In this document: positions 36,701 through 46,900 of the stretch, piece by piece
Position numbering within the stretch: the stretch's first letter is position 1
Layout: every line of letters begins with the position of its first letter
From: Psammoneis japonica
Lineage: Eukaryota
Reading direction: 5' to 3'
DNA length: 64,000 nt
Assembly (NCBI GenBank): GCA_008632985.1
Contig: QPGO01000040.1
Location: 1-64,000 of the forward strand
The notes under the pieces: model-generated
What the model was told of the DNA's origin: nothing
The model's input: the letters and a program-made list of their open reading frames with translations, nothing else
Database searches by the model: none
Program-made: the position numbers and the translations under genes

Positions 36701-37835
36701 CTGGACACTTCCGAACTGCTGGGACCCGATGGCATTCACAAGTTCCAGTCTCTTGTTGGTTCACTCCAATGGGCAGTGTCCCTTGGTCGAATTGACATCA
36801 CCACGGCCGTCATGTCACTCTCTAGCTTCCGAGCTGCGCCCCGTCAAGGCCACTTGGATCGTGCCAAACGCGTCTGTGGGCACCTCTCCAAGATGCGACA
36901 CGGTGCTCTCCGCGTTCGCACGGAAGAGCCCGACCATTCGGATCTCCCTGCTCCTGCCTGCGAATGGATGCATTCCGTGTATGGTGAAGCAGAAGAGATG
37001 ATCCCGAAGGACGCTCCACCGCCCCTTGGCAAGTTCGTCACTGCCACCCACTGCGTCGATGCAAACTTGCACCATTGCATGCTCACTGGACGCTCTGTCA
37101 TGGGAATGCTCCACTTCCTCAACAAATTCCCGGCTGATTGGTTCTCCAAGAAACAAGCCACCATAGAGACTGCAACCTGCGGATCTGAATTTGTTGCCGC
37201 AAGGAATTGTGTTGAGCAGATTGTCGACCTGCGCATCACCCTGCGCTGCCTTGGCGTCCCGATCCGTGGTGTCAGTTACATGTTCGGTGACAACAAGTCG
37301 GTTGTAGACAGTGCCACCATCCCGCACTCCAAGTTACACAAGCGACACACCGCACCATCGTTCCACCGTGTGCGTGAGGCAATTGCCTCTGGTTGCCTTG
37401 AGTTCCACTTCATCGAAGGATCCCGCAACCCTGCTGACATTCTCAGCAAGCATTGGGGTCACTCCCAAATCTGGGACCTTCTCCGACCCCTCATGTTCTG
37501 GAACTTCATTCCATCCGAAGTCGAATCTGTTTCTGTGGCTCCTCAAGCAAACTGGGGAGTGACAGGATTTGAACAGGATTTGGATGCGCGCGAAGCATCG
37601 CGCGCTGTTTAGTTTGCCGTGCACAGTTTTGTGTGCTTTAGTTCCGCGCGTTCACGCGCGATGCAGTTTGCTTTCGAGCCACAAGGCTCACAAGAACAAT
37701 GACAGTGGCCCGATTGCACCGACTCACACGTCTTTCGGCTCCTGTGACGGTCTCTGAGCGGAGACTCATCTGCTGTTTAGACAGCAGCAAGGAGTTGTTG
37801 TTTGAATTCTTGCCATTTGCCTTCAATTTCTGTCA
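30729..37835 (+). mobile_element. Ty1/copia (CoDi-like) LTR retrotransposon, copy C; full length (7107 bp), defective
   Basis: LTRs at 30729-31004 and 37560-37835; TSD AAGTT at 30724-30728 and 37836-37840; PBS and PPT present; colinear with copy A. Confidence 0.97.
31944..37612 (+). pseudogene. gag-pol polyprotein of copy C, with a frameshift near 32965 and a CGA->TGA stop at 33986
   Basis: Same PR, IN, RT and RH motifs as copy A in ORFs 31914..33635, 32948..33988 and 34193..37612. Confidence 0.93.
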
Positions 37836-38050
37836 AAGTTTTCCTTGGGATCGGGCTAAATTCACTGTCATGCCACCAATTTAAGCTCTTCTGAGTCATC
37901 CACACTGGTTGCATTTGCCAGAGTTCTGCCAAAGTAACTTCCAATGGGGCCAACGCGTCATTTGCGGTTCTTGCATCCACGGACACATTCAGGGCAAGTC
38001 CTCCTTGGCCTCTCCAGCTGACTCCGCCATCATGCCAACACATTGAGAGC

Positions 38051-38395
38051 TGCTGAGTCTTCCACACTGCATGCTGACGTCATAACACCACCAAAGACAC
38101 TTCAAATAGGGTCAACAAATCGTCGCAATGTCAACACCGACCATTGTGCATCATGTTGGTGGGTCCAACGGCGTCTTTTTGTCGCGAAACAAAACCCCTG
38201 TAACTCGGTCACCACCGGCCATTGCTGAGTCTTCCACACTGAACACTGACGTCATAACACCGCCAAGGACACTTCAAATAGGATCAATGCATCGTCGCAA
38301 CATCAACACCGACCATTGTGCGTCATGTTGATGGGTCCAACGGCATCCTTTCATGGCGAAACAAAACCCCTGTAACCCGGTCATGACCGGCCAAT
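38051..38395 (+). repeat. Tandem duplication, 2 x 172 bp, at the edge of a TpA-depleted block
   Basis: tgctgagtcttccacactg...aaacaaaacccctgtaac.cggtca..accggcca starts at 38051 and 38223. Confidence 0.88.
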
Positions 38396-38874
38396 TTCTT
38401 GAACCAATTGTCAGTTATATTCTAAGACTCCATTGTAAGGGAGATATGATGTGGCAAGGTAGCGTCAGAGTGCAAACAACGCCGTCGTATCATCATCATT
38501 GTGAGTGCGGCATGCACGGGTACATGGGTCGCCGTACAAATTTGAATGAGCTGATGGGTCCAACTGCCATTTCAGTACAAACGTACGTAGAAACTTGTAT
38601 GTACAGATCTACACAACTTTGTACTGGCATACCAAAAATGAACTCGGCAAGCTGTCCATTCTCTTTTTGTCTTTTTGCACGAGTTTTTGCTGTTTTTAAT
38701 TTTTTTGCTTTTTCTGACGAAAGACGGACGACAGTCAACATGAGTTCATATTCAATCTTCATTCATGAATAGGTTTCAATTTTTTAGTCAGTCATCGGAT
38801 CAGCCGCATGACCAACAATAATCTCGTTTCAAAGAAAATGGTGGCAGAGTTGTGAAGCACAACGCCTCGTGTGG

Positions 38875-40229
38875 ATGACACAAGAGCAAGGCACAGGTTG
38901 TTTACACATGAACAATGATGAAGAGGTGCAGGTGGGGCGGGTCATTGGAAGGAACGTGCACCAAGAAGAAGAAGATGCGTCGGATGAAGTTAATCGTCCA
39001 AGCACTGCGGGTGCCTATGCTGTAAATCGAGACGGAGAGGTTCGACGTAGAGGTGACTTTGATGACACCTACACTGCCATATCCGAGTTGCAGACTGTAC
39101 GAACAGTGAGTTCCACACTTCCACAACGGGATGACAGGACTGTCCTTGTGGAGGCAAATGTCGTGAATGAAGACGAAATGGCGCGTCTTCGCGAAGAAAA
39201 CATTCTGCTTCGCCAGTCGCTTCCACTCGCTCAAGCAGAGGTTGCTCAGACGCAAGTCGTCCAAGTTTCTCAAGCTGATCCTGCTTTCAACAGTGACAGA
39301 GCTGAAAAGTCTGATTCACATATCCAGCAGTCTAGAGCAAACAACCGCCACCGGAACTGTTTCATATTTGTAAGCTTGCTCTTGCTCATTGTTGTTGCGG
39401 GAGGCTCTTTCTGGCAGCACGCTTCCTCCCTCCAGCAGTTCTCCTCAAGACATGATGCAGTTGACTCCCATCATGTTGAGCCTCTTGGTGCAAAACAAAA
39501 CTCGACGCATGCTTGAGCAAGCTCTTTATTCAGACGTATTGTACGATATAATTACTGGACACTTGCTTGAACACTACGAAATTTTCTTGCAAGAGCCGGT
39601 TTCTAATTTGGAGCTACAAGTTATGCTAGATGGCCACGAGCAACTGGATGGAACGACATTCCTTCTCAATCACAAGGTCACGGGCTCCGTGTTCTTTGTG
39701 GAGAACATTCCGATGCAGAACGAGCTTGATTCAGAGACAATGACGGCTCTCAAGAGCAATGGCTTCCTACAAAAGATTAAAAGCTCAGAGGATCCTACCT
39801 TGTCCAATGCAAAAGAGGTGTCTGTTGCTCTGGCTGATGATGTGAGTTCCTCGATTAAGTCTCCTACGCAAGTTCCAACAAAGAGTCCAACTACTCCTAC
39901 AGCAACAAACAAACCGACGCGGATGCCAACCAAACGTCCTACATTGCCTCCATCGCGTACAAGTAGTGAGGTTTGCTATGCTGATACTGAGGGTAGCGGT
40001 GCTTTTGACAGGGAATGCGGATTTCCCTTTACATGGAATGGCAGAACCTACGATGCGTGTACCACAGCAAACAATGGGAACACACCGTACGTTGTTGTAT
40101 GTGGATTTGCCTTGTGATTTCAATATCAATTGGAACGATGTGGTATCTCACGTGTTATCTATCGCTTACCATGTGAATCGATCCGGTTGGGGTCACTGCC
40201 AGGATTCTGCGGCATGCCTCAACCCTTGA
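38875..40229 (+). CDS. Single-pass membrane protein with Pro/Thr stalk and C-terminal fibronectin type II-like domain; apparent frameshift near 39400 (possible pseudogene)
   Basis: TM segment CFIFVSLLLLIVVAGG; PTKSPT repeats; CGFPFTWNGRTYDACT...WGHC; split over ORFs in different frames. Confidence 0.55.
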
Positions 40230-40785
40230 AATTAGACCCTGAACCGAATGAATAAACTGTTGGGCGTTTACTCCGATTACGTTTGAAGGGCGTTGTAGCA
40301 AGGAGCTCTGCTGCGCATGCGTTCTCTCGTCGCTTCAAAAACAATGGCGCAACTTCTTGGAACCGTTTATAGTATACTCTACAGAACCCCAATATTTTGG
40401 ATTTGTCGTATTCTTGCGTGCGGACGCAATAACAAAATATTATGGGAACGAATCCGTGATGATCTTTGGAAAGGAGCAACAAACTAGCTGTGAAGGACCA
40501 TTGAAGCTTATCAGAAGCGGTTTGATCTAGTCTATCCTTTGTCCAACCGGACCACGGAAGCGAAAGTGAATGCTCGTAGAAAAGGGCCATGCTACGCCTT
40601 CGCCCAAATGCAAACCATCGTAAATCGTAACTACAATGGTTTTCATATATTTTGACACTGCCGCGATTTCATCCTAGAAACTTTTGTGTCATATGTTATC
40701 TCCTCATTACAAGAGCTATACTATTAGGGCACGCTATTCCACATACTGCACACTGTACGCCTACCGTACGTACATTCTCATAACA

Positions 40786-41742
40786 TTATTTCGACACAAA
40801 TTCAATGTCGGGTCTCTTATTCTGCAACATGGCCAGGTTTTTAGCCGATAGCAGATCACTTCTAAGCCAACGAAGATTGGGTCGTCTTTGAACAAGATTG
40901 ATGATGAACTCTTGAGGCAATGGTCCTTCAAAAGGATCAGGAACAGGAAAACCCGCGGAGCTGAGATCCGTCCTATGCGGACGTGAATACGATGCTCCGG
41001 TGACGCTCAAACGTTCAAGATTGCCGGAGAAATAGCATAAGAAACTCATTTGATCATGATATAGTTGCCCTCATGCACTCTCGAATACAGTACCATTGAA
41101 GCAAAGGTCAATAACGTTCGGCGGAGCAGTGTCCTCTCTGTAAACTATGAAAACGGTTCAATGATCCAAAACGACCCTCCTTGCGCTCAAAAGGGCATAC
41201 GAGTGGGCGCCCCAAAATTCTCGGGATACCTTGATACCATTTAATTCTAAATCAGTTGCATTTGGGCACATCTGAACAAGCGTAGAAAGGGATTCTGCAT
41301 CGTCCCATCGAGATGACGTATTGTTGTTGGGATCTGAAGCGCAAATTACCAACTTTCGAATTTGTTGCAATTGTCCAAAATCATGGCCGCGAATGCGAGA
41401 TTTTTCCACTCCACTGATTGCATGAGTAGTGTAGTTTTCTCCAAAAGCATCGTTCTCGGTTGCTTTCCTAACGACATTACGGAATGAGTGTGAAGTGCTC
41501 TTGTTGGTGAAGAAAATGGTAGCGATTCGTTCTTGATTGAGCGATTCTTTGTTGCGCGCTTCCTTGCACTCCCCCCTGCTACAAATTGACACTGTATTCA
41601 AATCATCCAAGGAAAGATTGGTGAATATCTTTACCTTATAGTCCGTTGGGAGACTATCGAACGTGGCAGCATAAGCGGTATCTTCGTCTTGGGTTTTCGT
41701 CAAGACGCTGGCGCTTGTTGCGCTGGGTTTCGGCCGAATCAT
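40786..41742 (-). pseudogene. F-box-like/LRR-like protein of an expanded diatom family, interrupted
   Basis: N-terminal FDSLPTDYKVKIFTNLSLDDLNTVSICSR; C-terminal LERLSV...LPQE...LRWLRSDL...MLQNKRPDIEFVS in a separate ORF. Confidence 0.6.
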
Positions 41743-42251
41743 CTGGCGGCAACTTATGAGTCGTCATATATCAAGAGACTGGACTATATCGATCGAAATA
41801 TAGGGTAAATGACGCAGCCTCTCTCAAACACTAATGGCAATGTTCAGCTCTCAACTTCTCTCTAGCTAGAGTAGGGGGTATCGCGTATCTCATCATCGTT
41901 AGTTGCACCGCAATGATGGATGAGATGATGCGACATTTGACTCATCCGACCAAAATCGAAGAAACTCAGTGCCAGTGTGTATCAGAAGAGAGTAGTTTGT
42001 GTGTTCAATATATCTATATGTTCGTGAATATTTATATCCTTCACTTTCGTCAAACTGAGAGCAATCGTGGCTAATGAGCATGGTTTAGACACAAGAATAC
42101 AACTATATTCATGGACAGATGTTTTTTAAAAATAGAACGGACGTCAAACCAACACGGATTCTCCTGCTCGATCCACGCTGATCAGACTGATCAGCACACA
42201 AATCGTCTCACTTTCTCTGTTGTTGTGATCGATAGAGCAAGTATTGTCACC

Positions 42252-43166
42252 ATGACTGCTTACCTTCTCTTCGCTATGCTCAAGATCGCCATTATGGCTG
42301 TTCTTGTTGCTTCTATTGGCATGGAAATCCCTCTCGCTTTGTTCTGCGTCTTCGTTTTGACGAAGAGCTTGGCCGTCCTTGTTTTCTTGATTTTCCGACG
42401 CGTCGTTTCGACAATCTCAAAAGTAAAAGCGTTCTTCATGAAGGGTCTATCCATTCGCCTTCCCACCCTTTCTACCGTTCATGCCGTCATCCGAGTTTGG
42501 TTTTTGAAGAAGACTCGTGCGACCATTCACCTTCCCGTCCTTTCTACCGTTTATGCCGTCATCCGAGGTTGGTTTTTGAAAGAGAATCTTACGACCAAGC
42601 TCCAACGTGAACGCAAAATCGAAGTATTGAATCGCCACCTCAAGCTACAGGAGGAACTTTGACAGTATGGCAGCACTTCTCTTCAAGGAATGGTGAATCG
42701 TCTCAAGCTCCAACGTGAACGCAAAATCGAAGTGTTGAATCGCCACCTCAAGCTCCAGGAGGAACTACGACAGTATGGCAGCACTTCTCTTCAAGGAATG
42801 GTGAATCGTCTCAAGCTCCAACGTGAACGCAAAATCGAAGTATTGAATCGCCACCTCAAGCTCCAGGAGGAACTACGACAGTATGGCAGCACTTCTCTTC
42901 AAGGAATGGTGAATCGTCTCAAGCTCCAACGCAAAATCGAAGTATTGAATCGCCACCTCAAGCTCCAGGAGGAACTACGACTGTATGGCAGCACTTCTCT
43001 TCAAGGAATGGCAAATCGTCTCAAGCTCCAACGTGGACTCAGGGAAGTCGCGGCGAAAAAGATTCAGAATGCATTTCGAAACCACGTTCAGGCAAAGGAG
43101 GCCGCTAAGGAAATGGACACCAAAATGCTTGAGCTCGTGCAGAAGATGCAGGCCTTGAAACTGTAA
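42252..43166 (+). pseudogene. Membrane-anchored protein with 4 x 36-aa (108-bp) repeats and an IQ-like motif; in-frame TGA at 42660
   Basis: Repeat LKLQRERKIEVLNRHLKLQEELRQYGSTSLQGMVNR; the first unit has TGA where the others have CGA; AAKKIQNAFRNH near the end. Confidence 0.6.
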
Positions 43167-43928
43167 AGATTTAGGAGAACGTGCGGTCAGCGGGTATCAT
43201 CTGATACCCGACTCGTTGTGGTGGTGCTACTTCTATATGAGTAAGCAAAAAGCCATCGAGTAGCTGATTTGACACGTTGACACCGAAGATTTGCAGGGAC
43301 GAGGGGGCGAAAGACACCTTCCAGAATTATATGTAACGTTAGAAATATGTACAATTAAAAACAAACGATACGTTCCAATTAGAAGTATTTGTGTAGGCAC
43401 AATCGTCCAGATTAACATTGTTTTATCATTGCCGGTTCACTGTAGTATATCCTTCATTGTCCACCCGAACCACGGAAGACCAATTGCTAGTGTAATCAAT
43501 TGTAACTACAATGGTCCTCACAGAAACTTCCGCGATAAAATTCTCGAAATAAACCGATCATGTATCCCAGCGCTGCACCAAATGTAAAGAGTACGAGTTA
43601 ATGATTCCAACAGCTCTGCTCAAAGAGAAAATCCGAGCGTCCCATCACGTGCTGATTCAACTCCGTTGATGCCGGCTGCCGGAAAGTCCGAGTGTTGTGT
43701 TCCAGCCACCAAGGTCACGAGATGAGTGGTCCTCCGACTAGGAATCCTACCGTGGCCCCAATCAATGCACCACCCGCCCAGCCCGATGCTAACAACTTTC
43801 TGCCTCTCTGCTTCTGCCGAATACAGACCCTTTTTACGCCACGACTAAACGACGGGTATCCGCGACTGAGAATCGAAATTTCCAATCTTTTGGCGAATGC
43901 CGAGCAAACTAAACTTGTGCATTCCAAT

Positions 43929-46900
43929 TCATGTTGTGCCCATGGAATGCCACTGAGCCGCGTATATGCCCTTCTGTGGACCAACTTTGAGCAAATCATG
44001 GTGCGCACCAGTCTCCGCAATCGCTCCGTCCTTGATAACAGCGACTTTGTCTGAAAGCCGTCCTGTTGCCCACTTGCGAGACGACAAGATTATCGCAGCA
44101 CCCGTTTGTCGCAGCGCAGCTAGGAATCTGGCCTCTTCTGCTTCCGACATTGATGCTGTAACATCATCGAGAATCAATATAGATCCCAACAAACATTTGT
44201 CAACCGAATTGTGTGATTTTGCTTGGTTGTCATTGTCGTATATCGCCTGAGCTAGAACTTTGGTGAGCAGGACTTTTGACCACTCTGAAGGAGACAATGC
44301 ACTAGCCGGCGGTCGCAGTGCTGATGGCTGTAGCTCATCCTCGTTTGCAGAGACGACCGTCGAGAGTTTTGAAGGAAGCCGCGGCAGTAGCGAAGTCGAA
44401 ACGCCAGTAATCTGAATACGCACACAACAATCGGCGCGATGCTTGAGAATGACCGTGAAATCATCGCATATGGAAACAATACAAATACTAACCTTCATAG
44501 CCAGAGCCATGGCGCTGCGTTCGCGACCTCCTGGGCTGTGAGGTTCGGCCATGCTGCGCCCGTTGTCGAAAGGCTCTAGTATCTCTTCGAGAGTGAGCCC
44601 TGACATTAACTCGGCAAGATCAGCGACAGTGCGGACGTCCGCTAGAGACACTCCAAGGCGCTTCTTCAACTGAGTTCGGTCCCATTTTGCAACGTCGATT
44701 CCGCCGACACTTAACGAGCCTCGGACTTTTGTCGTTGATTGAGATCGCTTCGGAGGTCGGACCATGGCCTCCACCAAGGCCGTCAACAAACGGGTCTTTC
44801 CGGCGCCATCATTTCCGAGCAACACTAATACTTCTCCATTACAACATGAGATGTTGGCGCCGCGTACAGCCCAAGCACGTTTGGCAGTGTGAGCAGCCCA
44901 AATATCGGACGCAGCTATTCCCTTGGTAAGCGATACCATTGCAGCTATCTGCATGTCACCTTTTGCCGACTGTAATTGTGAAATCTCCCCAACAGTATCA
45001 ACAAGAGTCTTGTACAATGCGCTTACTGGAGAGAGGACGACACCTACATGCAACAAGCTCCCTAACGCGTTCCATACAAGAAACCAGCTGAAAAAGAGGA
45101 GAACGGACAGATTTACCAACGTTGAATCGAGTCCGGGTAGAGATGACTGGGACATGCCAAGCGCCATATAAAGTAAAAGCGGGGTCGCAAGTAGCAGTCC
45201 AGCAGAAACTGAGTATCCAGCAAGTTTAAGAAGTGACTTGAGCGAACTAGCTGAGACTCCGACCCCATCAGATCGTTGTTTCAGCAGGTGCCAACGTTCA
45301 AGAGTGCCTTCGATAGTACCAGGCTCGGCTTGGAGAGTCAACCTTGATGCGCTGGAAACACCCAGCTTGTTCATATTCTCGGTGCTGCTGGCTAGCAGCG
45401 ATGCGGCAGCTTCGTCCTCCATTTCATCGTCGTCGGTAGAGTCCATTGCGCTTTCAAACGTTTTCCGTTGTAACACCAAATCAGGAAACCGCGACACTAA
45501 CAACAGAGCAACCACTACTGATATTTGAATTAGAAGTTTCTTCGGGTGCTCTTTCAGAAAGCTACTCGCGTTTTCGATTCCGAAGAAAGGCAAGATTGTA
45601 TCACTCAAGGTTTTGAAAACATGTCTTGTTTCTGACCTCAGGTCTGCCCACGGCACTGGCCATGATCTCCACTGTGGCAAACTCAATACTTCGCCAAAAG
45701 CAGAAACAATTGCCGCCAGTACTGGTTGAACAAACGATACCGTAACAATGCAAAGGCCGACCAGAGCCAAAAAGATAAAGGATGAAAGACGTGAAGACGC
45801 AACCATGGCAATCGCCTGAGCACCGGCGGTCCACCGCGACCACTCCAATACGTTTCGTTGCAATGGCAAGGACGACATTAAACGCAAATACAGTTGGCTG
45901 TATAGCGTCAAGTCCCTTGCCGAGTCGCCAGCTTCGGAAGCCACCCTTTGAATCTGCGGATTCCATTTGATGGAGTTGTTGGCAAATACAAGAAACGCCG
46001 CTGTTAGAGCAAACGGCGCCCATGAATCCGTCAAACCGTCTAAACAGGCGCTCTGCAACGAGCTTAGAAATGATGAACTGCCAAGTTCGCTGAGAGATGG
46101 GAGTTTCACAGTCTGAACAAACGGCGTCATCTCGCGGATACCCAAAAGAATCAGTCCAAGACACACCACATCGGAAAAGGCGCGATGACGCCCGATAGCA
46201 TGACAAGTACGCGCATCTTGTGTGGACAAGAGCGATAGGTTTCCTTCTTTGCCATGCTTGTATAGGCTCAAAGCTTCTTGCAACGGCTCCGTCATTGTTG
46301 TTGATGACTTTTTCGAGTGCCTATGAAGTGCTTTCCAAGGTCGTCGTTTCGGTGTGCTATCCGTACTCGTCTGCTTTCCACTAAATGGAAACAGACGTTC
46401 TCGCCACTTTTCTTTGGTACTACGTGGATCCAATGATGCCAATCTGTCAACTTCATCTCTATCCTTCCAAGCGTCAGCGGCAAGAGAGGAAGACGACCGT
46501 CTCTTGAAGAGACGCATCGGAGACGGAATGGCTCCGACGATTCTTGCAAAGAACTTTGGAGAATCAAAATCGTATGAAAAGGTTCTACGTGAGGTGTCTG
46601 GTGAAGTAGACCAACCATCAATGGCAGAAGAGATCGGTCTACGATCCGGTTGTTTCCGGCTGCCGGGATCATGGGGAAGCGGCTTTGACGGGGTCTGACT
46701 CGAAGGTTTCTGAGCACTTAGGGCGTGCTGCTGCTGCTTGGTTGATCCCGCTATACCCTGAGTTGCGTCCTCGGGTCTCGTAGGCCAGTCGACATGACGC
46801 CGGCCTCCAACGGCCGTCTTACTGGGTTGTTCAGTAGTAGATTGAATACTTGGGTATGGACGTGGCTTGGCTGTTGCGTTTTGATTGAGAGCTGCCGCGG

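Noticed and set aside
10490..37612. Tyr->Cys/His pattern as an alternative genetic code
   Set aside because: Host genes use TAY normally; the changes differ between copies and also affect non-coding LTR and UTR DNA.
37560..37612. pol ORF running into the 3' LTR as a stop codon erased by editing
   Set aside because: I could not reconstruct an in-frame ancestral TAA or TAG before the PPT; the overlap may be native to the family.
10267..37835. Classical RIP or simple 5mC deamination as the explanation
   Set aside because: These are C->T processes that create TpA or remove CpG. Conserved Tyr codons polarise the change as TA->TG/CA, and CpG is still abundant in the Copia copies.
10267..37835. 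ADAR editing of retroelement RNA, or DGR-like adenine mutagenesis
   Set aside because: Changes occur on both strands, differ between sister LTRs, are transitions only, and also affect DNA-transposon and pseudogene sequence; there is no TR/VR pair or DGR-type RT.
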